Source: Spirochaetia bacterium (GTDB lineage: Bacteria; Spirochaetota; Spirochaetia; UBA9216). From it: a stretch of 64,000 nucleotides of DNA. The notes under the pieces are model-generated. The model saw nothing but the letters and a program-made list of their open reading frames with translations. It was not told the DNA's origin and did no database searches. This document shows, in pieces, positions 10,335 to 20,663 of the stretch. The DNA is taken from the NCBI GenBank assembly GCA_963677925.2, contig CAXXYH010000004.1:896001-960000 (forward strand), given 5' to 3'. The translations under genes were made by a program, and so were the position numbers. Every line of letters starts with the position of its first letter. Position 1 is the first letter of the stretch.

Positions 10335-10969
10335 TATTGTGGAATAAATTCTACAGATAACCTGGAATCTTCCTTAACCCCGCATACCGCCAGCTTAGTT
10401 CCACCGTTCACCGAATACAAACCGAACTTCCAACCGTCTATGCTGTCAAATGGAATCGTACTGAAATCTGCCAACGGCAGCTGCAGACCAAGCCCAATCG
10501 CCTTGATATAGCTCTCCTTCATCGTCCATATCCTGAAAAAGGCATCTATCTGCCTGTCTTTCGGAAAGCTTCTTATATATTCATTCTCATCGGGGTGAAA
10601 GTAGGATGAAAGGCTTTCAGGATCGATTTCCCTGTGGTTTTCAATATCTACGCCTATTTCATGGTTGGAAAGCGCTACAGCCGCCCATTTATGGGTATGT
10701 GAGATGTTGAAATGAATATCCGGTCTTTTAGTAAGATAGGACTTCCCGTATTTTCCGGTATCAAAGCGGTATTCAGATTCTCTGAGATCGTATTTTTCAA
10801 ACAATACTCTTCTAAGCAGTGAGTGCGCTAAAAGAATAATTTCCCTGTCCTTGCGGAAGATTTTTTTGGCTATATCCTTCTGTTTCTCTTCCGGCAGAAG
10901 TCTTATCAGTTTGTTGTATTCATTCTCCGGAATCGGGTTAGTCTGGTGCAGGACGTAAATCTTAGCCAA
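10331..10969 (-). CDS. Sfp-type 4'-phosphopantetheinyl transferase
   Basis: FNISHT, IGVDIE, WTMKESYIKAIG. Confidence 0.9.
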   Translation of the reverse strand: MAKIYVLHQTNPIPENEYNKLIRLLPEEKQKDIAKKIFRKDREIILLAHSLLRRVLFEKYDLRESEYRFDTGKYGKSYLTKRPDIHFNISHTHKWAAVALSNHEIGVDIENHREIDPESLSSYFHPDENEYIRSFPKDRQIDAFFRIWTMKESYIKAIGLGLQLPLADFSTIPFDSIDGWKFGLYSVNGGTKLAVCGVKEDSRLSVEFIPQY

Positions 10970-10974
10970 GTGTT

Positions 10975-11616
10975 TTACCTGAAAAGCTTTTCGACTTCAG
11001 CACGTGTTCCGGACAGCAGAAGGTAATCGGCAATGAGCCTTTCTTTGAGTTCCGGGTTATTCCGCTTTTCGCTGAACATGTGGTTCCATGTGTTGATATT
11101 TATTACCGGGTGCGCCCCTGTGTTTGTATATTCAAAGGCTGTCGCCGGCACTGACTCTGAGAAATGCTGCACCTTTTTCTGTTTAAATGTCTGTCCGCCG
11201 CTGTAAACATCTGTAAAATCAATTTCAGAAAGTACGATGTTGTTGATATCAAAATACATTCTGAATGTTTCCACGTCATGAATCCTGTGATATTTGAAGC
11301 TTCGGTAAAAATCGTAAAACTTATCGGTAAGCCCGGATGGATGATCTTCATCGCTGAAGACTACAGTAATCTCGAAAACGAAAAAACCTTCTTCCCTTGT
11401 TTTATTGACCCAGATAGCCTCAATTCCATTGCCGGCAGCTATGTCTTCCTCCGGAATGCTGAATACCGGCTTGATTGCCTCAAAAAGATCATCATAATAA
11501 GGCGCAGAGCTTCCTTCCAGCACAGGTGATTTGGTTGTCATACATGATAGGAATAAAAACGGGAAGGCAATGATTATCAGGCACTCGATTTTTACTATAG
11601 ATTTAAAAAGATTCAT
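10975..11616 (-). CDS. Hypothetical lipoprotein
   Basis: Long ORF; lipobox FLFLS-C. Confidence 0.55.
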   Translation of the reverse strand: MNLFKSIVKIECLIIIAFPFLFLSCMTTKSPVLEGSSAPYYDDLFEAIKPVFSIPEEDIAAGNGIEAIWVNKTREEGFFVFEITVVFSDEDHPSGLTDKFYDFYRSFKYHRIHDVETFRMYFDINNIVLSEIDFTDVYSGGQTFKQKKVQHFSESVPATAFEYTNTGAHPVININTWNHMFSEKRNNPELKERLIADYLLLSGTRAEVEKLFR

Positions 11617-11713
11617 CAATATTAATTTCGGAATATAAAAAATCGAATGAAGTAATTTTATGGACGGAGTCAAAAGTGAACCAGATTTTGATAATAGAAA
11701 TTACTTTAAAATC

Positions 11714-11748
11714 AACATGTAAAAGCTGCTAACCAGCTTTTACATGTT
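11714..11748. terminator. Hairpin downstream of folE
   Basis: 15-bp perfect inverted repeat AACATGTAAAAGCTG / CAGCTTTTACATGTT. Confidence 0.55.
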
Positions 11749-11751
11749 ATT

Positions 11752-12315
11752 TCATTTTCTTACAGGTATCAGGTTAAGAAACTCCGCCCTTGTTGCCTCG
11801 CTCTTACGGAATGAGCCGAGTACTGATGATGTTGTCATTACCGAGTTCTGCTTTTCGACTCCGCGCATCATCATGCACATGTGCTGGCATTCCATAACGA
11901 CGCCGACGCCTTCGGGTGATACAGCCTCCATAACGGCTTCCGCAATCTGTTCGGTCAGGTTTTCCTGAATCTGCAGTCTTCGGGCAAAGTGATCGACTAT
12001 GCGAGCAAGTTTGCTTACACCGATTACAACGCTGTCTGCTACGTAGCCGATGTGACACTTGCCGAAGAAGGGCAGCATATGGTGCTCACAGAGGCTGTAG
12101 ACCTCTATATCGCGCACAATTACCATATTGTTGGATGTTGATTCAAAGATTGCGTTGTTGATAACCTTGTTCAGGTCGTCGCGGTATCCCTTAGTCAGGA
12201 ATTCCCAGGAGCGGGCGGCCCGTTCGGGTGTATTTATCAGTCCCTCGCGTTCCGGATCCTCTCCTATTTCAATAATCAGCTCACGTATAAGCTGTTCTAC
12301 TCTTTCTTTATTCAT
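11752..12315 (-). CDS. folE: GTP cyclohydrolase I
   Basis: [28 protein letters not shown]. Confidence 0.96.
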   Translation of the reverse strand: MNKERVEQLIRELIIEIGEDPEREGLINTPERAARSWEFLTKGYRDDLNKVINNAIFESTSNNMVIVRDIEVYSLCEHHMLPFFGKCHIGYVADSVVIGVSKLARIVDHFARRLQIQENLTEQIAEAVMEAVSPEGVGVVMECQHMCMMMRGVEKQNSVMTTSSVLGSFRKSEATRAEFLNLIPVRK

Positions 12316-12923
12316 TTGATTTCCGCCAGGGCTTTATCAATTTCGGTCATCAACTGCCTGTAGTCTGTTGCGACAGGGACTTCAGGATTTTCCTTGATTA
12401 TGCTCTCAGGCGGGCAGAAAAGCACACCGGCGTCCGCTTTTTTTATCATTGAAAGATCGTTGTAAGAATCGCCAGATGCAATAACTTTCATTCCCATTGA
12501 ATGAAATCCTTCAACAGCTTTTCGCTTTCCGTCTTTCTGCCTGAGTGTATAGTCTGAAATCCTTCCATCAGCATCAACTATGAGTGAATTGCAGAAAATT
12601 GTGGGCCAGTCGAGCTTTCTCATAAGCGGCTGGGCAAACTGCTCAAAGGTATCAGACAGAATTACAACCTGGGTTTTAGACCGAAGCTCATCAAGGAAAT
12701 GCTTTGCGCCGGGAAGGGGATCCATCCCTCCTATAACTCTCTGGATGTCAGCCAGCTTCAGTTTGTGTTCATCAAGGATGTTCAGTCTTTTTTTCATCAG
12801 AACATCATAGTCAGGTTCATCCCTGGTTGTCATTTTGAGTTCGTCTATTCCGGTATCTATCGCAAAATTTATCCAGATTTCAGGTACGAGGACACCTTCA
12901 AGGTCTAGGCATACAAGATTCAA
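12312..12923 (-). CDS. thrH: Phosphoserine phosphatase / homoserine phosphotransferase (HAD)
   Basis: [28 protein letters not shown]. Confidence 0.93.
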   Translation of the reverse strand: MNLVCLDLEGVLVPEIWINFAIDTGIDELKMTTRDEPDYDVLMKKRLNILDEHKLKLADIQRVIGGMDPLPGAKHFLDELRSKTQVVILSDTFEQFAQPLMRKLDWPTIFCNSLIVDADGRISDYTLRQKDGKRKAVEGFHSMGMKVIASGDSYNDLSMIKKADAGVLFCPPESIIKENPEVPVATDYRQLMTEIDKALAEIK

Positions 12924-12924
12924 G

Positions 12925-13659
12925 TTAAGCTCCTTTTTCAGGCAGCGCCCCGGCTATCGTGTTCCAGAGGCTTGTGCTGAGTTCTTTTTTTTCGTCTTCT
13001 GACATCGATGCTGTCTCGATGGGTTTGTGTATTGTAAGGTAGAGATCGCTTGGAACAACTCTTCCCTTCTGTTCAAATGCTTTGTAGGTGCCGTCAATGG
13101 TTACCGGTACTATGGTCAACCCGGCCTTTGCAGCCATCAGTATGCTTCCGGGTTTGAATGATGCCATTTTACTGCTTCGGCTCCGGGTTCCTTCGGGAAA
13201 GATTACCTTGGGGTAGCCGTGTTCGGCTTCCTGAATGCCCTTTTCAATATCGCGCATTGCTGCTCTGAAGTTGTGTCGATCGATAAAGATGCAGTGCAGA
13301 GCCTTTGCCCATGGACCGATAACAGGCCATCTTCCAATCTGCTTTTTTGCGATAAATCCGATAGGAACGGGCAGGGTGGACATCAGGAAGGGGATGTCTG
13401 CAAATCCCTGGTGGTTGCCGATAAAAATCAGCTTCCTGTGATCAGGCAGATTTTCGAGTCCGCTGACATGCACTTTGCAGCCGGCCATAAAAAATGAATA
13501 CCTTCCCCAGCTTGTCGTAGCAAACAGTGCATAGGCGTTTATCGCCTTCTCCAGTCTCAGTATTTTGAGAATGAGAAAAGGGATGAACAGGATAAGCGAG
13601 AATATCATGAAAATGAGAAATGCTATCCCGAACAGAATGGTATGAATTAAGTCTCTCAT
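12925..13659 (-). CDS. plsC: 1-acyl-sn-glycerol-3-phosphate acyltransferase
   Basis: NHQGFAD (HX4D), FIDR, FPEGTRS. Confidence 0.88.
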   Translation of the reverse strand: MRDLIHTILFGIAFLIFMIFSLILFIPFLILKILRLEKAINAYALFATTSWGRYSFFMAGCKVHVSGLENLPDHRKLIFIGNHQGFADIPFLMSTLPVPIGFIAKKQIGRWPVIGPWAKALHCIFIDRHNFRAAMRDIEKGIQEAEHGYPKVIFPEGTRSRSSKMASFKPGSILMAAKAGLTIVPVTIDGTYKAFEQKGRVVPSDLYLTIHKPIETASMSEDEKKELSTSLWNTIAGALPEKGA

Positions 13660-13698
13660 GCGCAAATATTAGCGTATTAGCCTCGTTTTTGCTATTAC

Positions 13699-13828
13699 AA
13701 ACAACTAAAAACTGCAGTTTTTAGTTGTTTACCTTAGATTTAAGGATGTTACTATATTTCCAAATATTGGAAATATAGTAACTCCAAGACAAAAGTGATA
13801 GCCCTAATTTAGGGTTATTACTTTTGTC
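13699..13828. repeat. Three consecutive long palindromes in a divergent intergenic region
   Basis: Perfect 32-bp palindrome 13699-13730; 16-bp IR with 3-nt loop 13748-13782; 19-bp IR with two G-U positions 13788-13828. Confidence 0.85.
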
Positions 13829-13867
13829 CCTATAGGATTTCGTTCGATATGATAATATACTTATCCC

Positions 13868-15001
13868 ATGAAAGACACACAATTTTTTTACGATATGAGG
13901 GATAAGGATCCCGAACTTTATAAAGCCGCAGAGATTGCAATCAGGGATGTTTTGAAGGTAAAAGCTGATGAAACAGTCCTGATTGTTACCAATCCTGTTA
14001 CCGATGTAGCTGAAATTTCCTATTCGCTTTATGATGCCGCTCTGGCTGTTGATGGAAATCCTGTGCTGATGTTTCAGCCGGTTAAGAATCAGCTTTCCTT
14101 TGCTGAAAAGGCTGTAATTGGAGCCCTGGAGTCGGAGCCCGATGTTGTTATCTCGATGAGTGCTGATAAAATCGGTAAAGACTACAAGGCTTCAGCCAAT
14201 CCGCTGGTTGCTGCTGACGGAACTTCGTACAACAGCACTTTTCACTATATTATGGGAATAGGCAAGTGCAGGGCTTTCTGGTCGCCGGGTGTCAGCAGGG
14301 AGCTTTTTGTAAAGACTGTTCCTGTTGATTATGAAAGGATGAGGCGTGAATGCGATGCAGTGAAGACTGTCCTTGATAAGGCTGATAAGGTACATATCAA
14401 GAGTCCCGGCGGAACTGATTTGTGGCTGGGCTTAAAAGGCCGGGAAGCAAAGCTTGATAACGGTGATTTCTCAATTCCAGGCGAAGGCGGAAACCTTCCG
14501 GCAGGAGAAACTTTTATCTCGCCTGAGCTTAATTCAGCAAGCGGAAAGCTTGTTTTTGACGGCAGTATCTCGGTCTACAACGGCGATATGATTGTTGTTG
14601 ACCCCGTTTATCTTGAAATAGCCGACGGCTTTGTAACCTCAGTTACTGGTAAAAAAGAGGCTGAGGCACTGCTTGAAACCATTACTCTGGGTGAGAAGAA
14701 TGCCCTTGAGTTTGAGGCTGTCGGAAAACTGCCCAAGGGCTCCGGGGAAAGCTATAAAAAGAATGCCAGAAACCTCGGCGAGCTTGGAATAGGGCTGAAT
14801 CCTGCTGCCGGAATTGACGGAAATATGCTGGGTGATGAGAAGGCCTACCGGACAATCCACATCGCGATCGGTTCAAACTATGACGAGGATGCCAACGCTC
14901 TGATTCACTGCGACTGTCTTGTTAAGGATCCCACAGTAACTGCCTACATGACCGATGGTTCAGAAGAGGTGATTCTGAAAGACGGGGAACTTGCGGTTTA
15001 A
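13868..15001 (+). CDS. Aminopeptidase, M29-like metallopeptidase
   Basis: NLPAGETF, LGELGIG, DEKAYRTIHIAIG, IHCD. Confidence 0.85.
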   Translation: MKDTQFFYDMRDKDPELYKAAEIAIRDVLKVKADETVLIVTNPVTDVAEISYSLYDAALAVDGNPVLMFQPVKNQLSFAEKAVIGALESEPDVVISMSADKIGKDYKASANPLVAADGTSYNSTFHYIMGIGKCRAFWSPGVSRELFVKTVPVDYERMRRECDAVKTVLDKADKVHIKSPGGTDLWLGLKGREAKLDNGDFSIPGEGGNLPAGETFISPELNSASGKLVFDGSISVYNGDMIVVDPVYLEIADGFVTSVTGKKEAEALLETITLGEKNALEFEAVGKLPKGSGESYKKNARNLGELGIGLNPAAGIDGNMLGDEKAYRTIHIAIGSNYDEDANALIHCDCLVKDPTVTAYMTDGSEEVILKDGELAV

Positions 15002-15013
15002 TCGGCAGGATGT

Positions 15014-16246
15014 TTATTTTTTAAGCAGAATAGTTAATATGCGGTTCTTGTCGACTGTTTCAATTGTGAACGAGTAACCGCCTATGCTGATTTCATCCCC
15101 GATATCGGGGATGCGGTCAAGCCTTTCAATAATATAGCCGGCTACAGTTTCCGCGTAGTCGGTTTCCGGAATATCTACATCGAAGGAATCGCTGAACTGG
15201 TGCAGGGATGTATCTCCCATGATCCGCCATGAGTGCTCATCGAGTTTTACAATCTTTTCGATTCCCTGTTCCTCGTTTTCATCGTAAAGCTCCCCAAGTA
15301 TTTCCTCTATGATATCCTCACGGGTTACTATTCCGGCCAGTCCGCCGTATTCATCAAGAACTACGGATATGTTGAGAGTCTCTTTTTTAAACAGCCTGAA
15401 AAGCTCATGAAGCCGCCGGTTTGATGGGATAAAGATAGGCTCACGCATTATGTCTTTCAGCCGCTGGTTTCCGTTTCCCTTAATCATCATGGCGTTTACA
15501 TCGTTTGAAAGTACGATTCCAATTACATTCTCGGGCTCTTTTTCATAAACCGGGATTCTTGAAAAGCCGCGGCTGCTGATTTCTTCAATTGAGTCTTCAA
15601 TTGTCCTGGAACAGTCAAGGCTGAACACATTGGTTCTATGAGTCATGATGGCCTGTACTGTCACATCATTCAGCCTGAAGACACTTTTAACCATCTCCGA
15701 CTCATAGTTTTCAACCACACCCTCTTCCTCGGCGGCACGCACCATGTGAAGAAGTGCATCGAAGGATATTCTTCTTGTCTGTTTGTGGATGAAGAATCTT
15801 GTGATGAGCGAACTTGCGGCTGATATAAGAAAAATAACCGGAGTCAGGACCTGTGCAAGCAGATATACCGGCCAGGCAGAGATGAGGCTGATTTTATCAT
15901 TAAGGGCAATCGCAATCCGTTTTGGTGTAAGTTCGGCAAAAATGAGGATAACGAGGGTTAGGACTCCGGTCATTATCCCCACCATTTTGCTGCCGAAGAG
16001 ATCAATTGTCAGCTGGGTTGCTATGGCAGATGCCGCAATGTTAACAAGGTTGTTACCAAGAAGTATTGTTGTAAGAAGTTTATCGGGGTTTTCACCGAGT
16101 TTCCGGACCAGCTTACCCCTGTGCCCCTTTGTCTTGCTGATTACGCGAAGCTGTATAGGCGACAGGGAGGTGAAGGCTGTTTCTGTTGCTGAAAAACATC
16201 CTGAAAGCATGAGCAGGAGAACCAGATATATAATATCAGCTGTCAT
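15014..16246 (-). CDS. CNNM/HlyC-CorC family protein (DUF21 + 2 CBS + CorC)
   Basis: FSATETAF, TILLGNNLVN, FAELTPK, SRIPVY, DEYGGLAGIVT.EDIIEEILGEL.DE. Confidence 0.92.
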   Translation of the reverse strand: MTADIIYLVLLLMLSGCFSATETAFTSLSPIQLRVISKTKGHRGKLVRKLGENPDKLLTTILLGNNLVNIAASAIATQLTIDLFGSKMVGIMTGVLTLVILIFAELTPKRIAIALNDKISLISAWPVYLLAQVLTPVIFLISAASSLITRFFIHKQTRRISFDALLHMVRAAEEEGVVENYESEMVKSVFRLNDVTVQAIMTHRTNVFSLDCSRTIEDSIEEISSRGFSRIPVYEKEPENVIGIVLSNDVNAMMIKGNGNQRLKDIMREPIFIPSNRRLHELFRLFKKETLNISVVLDEYGGLAGIVTREDIIEEILGELYDENEEQGIEKIVKLDEHSWRIMGDTSLHQFSDSFDVDIPETDYAETVAGYIIERLDRIPDIGDEISIGGYSFTIETVDKNRILTILLKK

Positions 16247-16247
16247 C

Positions 16248-16313
16248 TCAGCCGGTTCTCCGGTGCGGGTTGGATATTAAAAAGTTTTTACTCGGTAAAG
16301 GGTCGTCGTCCAT
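16248..16313 (-). other. Upstream ORF (21 aa, MDDDPLPSKNFLISNPHRRTG) abutting the CNNM start
   Basis: ATG at 16313; TGA ends 1 nt before the CNNM ATG and the uORF covers its GGAGA RBS. Confidence 0.45.
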
Positions 16314-16386
16314 CGTTTACTAAAATACTATAATAAAAACAAATATATAATGCAATACACGCAAAATTATGTATTAGAATATAGAT

Positions 16387-17040
16387 ATGAAGAATATTGT
16401 ATGTTTCGGTGATTCTAATACATGGGGTTATAGTCCTGAAAGCGGGGAAAGATACCCCTATGAAACCAGATGGACTTCTGTACTGCAGAAGGAGCTTGGT
16501 GCCGGGTACATTGTAATCCCTGAGGGCTTAAACGGAAGAACAACAGTCTGGGATGATCCTTTCAATGAGCTCCGCAAGGGGATTGACCACCTGATGCCTG
16601 TTCTCCTGACACATAAGCCGATAGATCTGCTTGTTCTGATGCTCGGAACCAATGATTCCAAAAACTTTCTCGGAAATACATCGATGGCAATAGGCTGGGG
16701 GCTGAGGTTTCTTGTTGAAACAGTGCAGGCCTCAGGCTGCGGAAAGAATGACGGTGCCCCGACGGTCCTTATTGTAAGTCCTGCTCCGGTGAAAGAGGTG
16801 AAATCGGATAATCCGCCCTTTGATATAAGAAGTTTCGCTTCAATTGCCGGCCATAACCCGACCGAAGTTTCGAAAGGCCTGTCCGCGGAATACCGGATGA
16901 TTGCAGAAGATTTATCATGCGGCTTTTTTGATGCATCAGGCTGTGCAGAGGTAAGCGATCTGGATGGGGTTCATCTGACAATAGAGAGTCATGCTGCTTT
17001 AGGGGCTGAGCTTGCCGGGGTGATAAGACAGATATTTTGA
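16387..17040 (+). CDS. SGNH/GDSL hydrolase
   Basis: FGDSNTWG, EGLNGRT, LGTND, DGVH. Confidence 0.92.
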   Translation: MKNIVCFGDSNTWGYSPESGERYPYETRWTSVLQKELGAGYIVIPEGLNGRTTVWDDPFNELRKGIDHLMPVLLTHKPIDLLVLMLGTNDSKNFLGNTSMAIGWGLRFLVETVQASGCGKNDGAPTVLIVSPAPVKEVKSDNPPFDIRSFASIAGHNPTEVSKGLSAEYRMIAEDLSCGFFDASGCAEVSDLDGVHLTIESHAALGAELAGVIRQIF

Positions 17041-17107
17041 TTAATGTCCGGTTAAATTATAATATCTATCTTGAAAATATTTATGTATGGTATATCCTTT
17101 TAAGGAT

Positions 17108-18598
17108 ATGAAAAAAATATTATTCACAATAATTTTTTTTGCTGCAATCCTATCATCTGTTACATTTTCCTGTGATGATTTTCAATTTCCGGGTCTTACT
17201 GGTATAACCGATGATAACACAGATGATTCATCAACTAGTGATGGTGAAACTGATGATGACTCTTCGGTTCCTAACGCTGTGTCCGGATTATCAGTCGAAA
17301 GCACTTCTATTGACAGCATTGTACTCCTCTGGGCTGACAATTCCGATGATGAAGATGGCTTTATCGTGGAACAGTCTCTTATGGAAACAGAGGCTTTTAC
17401 AGAGGCCGCCGATCTGAGTTCAAATATTGAAACTGTAGTTATTTCCGGACTTTCTCAGGATACTGAGTATTTTTTTAGAGTTTATGCGTATAATGCAAAT
17501 GGTGATTCATCATATTCTGCAGTTGTTTCCGGAACCACTCTGCAGGAGCTTTCTACACCGAATAGCCCTTCTGAGCTCATGGTTACCGGTGAATCCTCCT
17601 CTACTGTAAGTCTCAGCTGGACTGATAATTCTGATAATGAAGATGGTTTTATTATTGAGATGTCGGAAACTGGATTGGAGTCTTCCTACTCCGAGGCGGC
17701 TGATACAACGGCTGATTCTGTTATTATCACTGGACTTGAAGCTGAAACTGAATATTTTTTCAGAGTTTATGCATATAAGAGTACTGATAATTCTGATTAT
17801 TCAAATGTAATTTCTGCAGAAACGGATACTGCCGGAACAATCAATACATCAGCCCCCGATACAACTGAAAGGCTGGTATTTATTCATCATTCCTGTGGAA
17901 GCAATTGGCTTGGCACAGGTAATGGAAATCTTGGTGATACACTTGGTTCAAATAACTACTTCGTTAGGGATATAACGTATAATTGGGATGAAGCTGAGCC
18001 GGGCGGAGTTGAAACTGGAGATTATACCGATACAAGACATTGGACTGAATATTGGTTTAATGATACTACAATGCCGGCTGTTTACATTACTGAATCAAAA
18101 TATGCCTCTTATACCTCAATCAGCAATCCTAGTGGGGAAAATGACATAATAATGTTTAAATCATGTTATCCCAACAGTGAAGTTTATTCTTCAATTACAG
18201 ATGAGAAAGCCTATTATAATCAGCTTCTTGACTATTTTGTTCTTCATCAGGATAAATTATTCATTCTTATCACCCCTCCAGGCGAAGCTGTTGTATCAAG
18301 TTATTTGCTGACTCAGGAACTTTGTGAATGGCTTGTTGATGAAGAAAACGGCTGGCTGAAAGATTATGCTGGAAATAACGTAGGCGTTTTTGATTTCTAT
18401 TGTGTACTTTCGGAAACTGATTCCCATCACACAATTGAAAATGGTAGCATTGTGTATGAATATGCAGCAGAATATGACGGCATATCGCCGTATCACGACG
18501 GTGATGATCACCCCAACATTATAGGAAACCAGAAATCAACCGATGAATTCATCCCTCTGTTAAACTATTACCGGAATAGATGGCGCGGTGTAGAATAA
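17108..18598 (+). CDS. Lipoprotein with two Fn3 repeats and an SGNH-like C-terminal domain
   Basis: Lipobox TFS-C; two W.DNSD.EDGF...YFFRVYAY repeats; IHHSCG...MFKSCYPNS...DDHPN. Confidence 0.75.
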   Translation: MKKILFTIIFFAAILSSVTFSCDDFQFPGLTGITDDNTDDSSTSDGETDDDSSVPNAVSGLSVESTSIDSIVLLWADNSDDEDGFIVEQSLMETEAFTEAADLSSNIETVVISGLSQDTEYFFRVYAYNANGDSSYSAVVSGTTLQELSTPNSPSELMVTGESSSTVSLSWTDNSDNEDGFIIEMSETGLESSYSEAADTTADSVIITGLEAETEYFFRVYAYKSTDNSDYSNVISAETDTAGTINTSAPDTTERLVFIHHSCGSNWLGTGNGNLGDTLGSNNYFVRDITYNWDEAEPGGVETGDYTDTRHWTEYWFNDTTMPAVYITESKYASYTSISNPSGENDIIMFKSCYPNSEVYSSITDEKAYYNQLLDYFVLHQDKLFILITPPGEAVVSSYLLTQELCEWLVDEENGWLKDYAGNNVGVFDFYCVLSETDSHHTIENGSIVYEYAAEYDGISPYHDGDDHPNIIGNQKSTDEFIPLLNYYRNRWRGVE

Positions 18599-18708
18599 AT
18601 TTTTAAACTCCTATTTGCCGACAGCAGAAAAAATTATTATATTTTCTCCAAACAAATAATTAATGGGAATATCCCGCTTTAGATAGTTAATTAGGAGAGA
18701 ATTTACTG

Positions 18709-20580
18709 ATGTCAAAGAAGAAATTTAAAACCGAAATTTCGCAGCTTCTGGATCTTATCACCCATTCGCTGTATTCACACAAGGAGATCTTCCTTCGTGA
18801 GCTAGTTTCCAATTCATCTGACGCGCTTGATAAGCTTAAATACCTCACACTCACGGATGACAGTCTTAAGACCCTTAATTTTGAACCGCGCATAGATATC
18901 AGTTTTGATTCAGATGCAAAGACCTTCACTGTAGCGGATACCGGAATCGGTATGAATGCAGAGGACCTCGAGGCCAACCTCGGTACAATCGCCAGATCCG
19001 GTACTAAGAACTTCCTCAGCCAGCTTACAGGCGACGCAAAGAAGGAATCCAACCTTATCGGACAGTTCGGTGTAGGTTTCTACTCATGTTTTATGATTGC
19101 AGACAAGGTTGAGGTTATTGCAAAGAAGGCTGGCGATGAGCAGGCCTGGAAATGGTCCAGCGACGGTAAGACTGACTACACAGTTACTGAGGCTGACCGC
19201 GAAACTCAGGGTTCTACAGTTATATTGCACCTTAATGAGAGTGGCACAGAGTATGCCAACAGATGGCAGATTGAACAGCTTGTTAAAAAATATTCAAACC
19301 ACATAGCATTTCCGATCTTCCTTGAATACGACCAGTCCAACTGGGAAGGCGAGGGTGATGACCGCAAGGAAATCAAGGAACACAAGATCGAGCAGATCAA
19401 CAGTGCTTCTGCAATGTGGAAGAAATCAAAGTCCGAGCTAACCGACGAAGATTACAACGAATTCTATAAGACCATCGGTCATGATAACGAAGACCCGATG
19501 CTTCATATTCATACAAAGGCCGAGGGAACCCAGGAATACACAACCCTTTTCTACATCCCCTCCAAGGCTCCCTTTGACCTCTACCAGGCTGACTATAAGC
19601 CGGGTGTAAAGCTCTACATCAAACGTGTATTTATTACCGATGATGAGAAGGAGCTGATGCCTGTTTACCTGCGCTTCCTTCGCGGTGTCATCGATTCTGA
19701 GGACCTTCCGCTTAACGTAAGCCGTGAGATCCTGCAGCAGAACAGGGTTCTGGAATCAATCAGAAGCTCATCCGTTAAAAAGGTTCTGGGTGAGTTCAAG
19801 AAGCTTGCGGAAAACAATCCCGAGAAATACAAGGACTTCATAGAGCAGTACAACAGACCGCTCAAGGAAGGTCTCTACTCCGATTACGCGAACCGTGAAA
19901 CCATTCTGGACCTCGTTCGATACAAATCAACTGAGGAAGAGGGCTGGGTAAGCTTCAAGCAGTATCAGGATCGCATGAAGGAAGACCAGAAGGCTATTTA
20001 CTACATCACCGGCGGAAATGAGTCTACCCTCAGAAACTCTCCGCTTCTTGAGGCTTACAGGAAAAAGGGTATTGAAGTCCTGATTATGGATGATGAGATA
20101 GATGAGATTGTTACACCTTCAATAATGAAATACAGCGAAATTGAGCTTAAGGCTGTAAACAAGAGCGGCGCTGCAGATGATCTCAAGACTGAAGAGGATA
20201 AGGAAAAGGAAAAGGATCTTGAACCGGTAATTAAAAAGATTAAGAAGGTTCTGGGCGACAAGGTTAAAGATGTTGTTGCATCAACAAGGCTTTCAGATTC
20301 TCCTTCCTGTATCGTGGCTGATGAGAATGATCCTACAATGCAGATGCAGCAGATGATGCGCGCAATGGGTCAGACAGACATGCCGGAGATTGTTCCCATT
20401 CTTGAGGTTAACCCCGATCATGAGATTGTTACAAAACTCAAGGATCTTGGCGACAAGGATATGTTCAACGATATCTGCTTTCTCCTGCTTGAGCAGGCGA
20501 TGCTTGTTGAAGGTACCGAGCTTAAGGAACCTGCTGAATTCGTAAAAAGACTTAACAGGGTAATGGGTAAGGCTGTTTAG
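18709..20580 (+). CDS. htpG: Chaperone HtpG (Hsp90)
   Basis: EIFLRELVSNSSDA, LGTIARSGT, IGQFGVGFYS, LPLNVSREILQ. Confidence 0.98.
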   Translation: MSKKKFKTEISQLLDLITHSLYSHKEIFLRELVSNSSDALDKLKYLTLTDDSLKTLNFEPRIDISFDSDAKTFTVADTGIGMNAEDLEANLGTIARSGTKNFLSQLTGDAKKESNLIGQFGVGFYSCFMIADKVEVIAKKAGDEQAWKWSSDGKTDYTVTEADRETQGSTVILHLNESGTEYANRWQIEQLVKKYSNHIAFPIFLEYDQSNWEGEGDDRKEIKEHKIEQINSASAMWKKSKSELTDEDYNEFYKTIGHDNEDPMLHIHTKAEGTQEYTTLFYIPSKAPFDLYQADYKPGVKLYIKRVFITDDEKELMPVYLRFLRGVIDSEDLPLNVSREILQQNRVLESIRSSSVKKVLGEFKKLAENNPEKYKDFIEQYNRPLKEGLYSDYANRETILDLVRYKSTEEEGWVSFKQYQDRMKEDQKAIYYITGGNESTLRNSPLLEAYRKKGIEVLIMDDEIDEIVTPSIMKYSEIELKAVNKSGAADDLKTEEDKEKEKDLEPVIKKIKKVLGDKVKDVVASTRLSDSPSCIVADENDPTMQMQQMMRAMGQTDMPEIVPILEVNPDHEIVTKLKDLGDKDMFNDICFLLLEQAMLVEGTELKEPAEFVKRLNRVMGKAV

Positions 20581-20630
20581 TTTATAATCAGGTAACCTGT
20601 AAATTACACCGGCTTGACCGGAATTATTAA

Positions 20631-20663
20631 GGGCAGCTTCAGTTAGGGGCTGCCTATTTTTTT
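20631..20663. terminator. Hairpin between convergent htpG and hipA
   Basis: GGCAGCTTC-AGTTA-GGGGCTGCC followed by a T-run. Confidence 0.6.

Noticed and set aside
13699-13828. CRISPR array or integron attC sites
   Set aside because: The palindromes differ from each other, with no repeat-spacer pattern, attC core boxes, cas genes or integrase.
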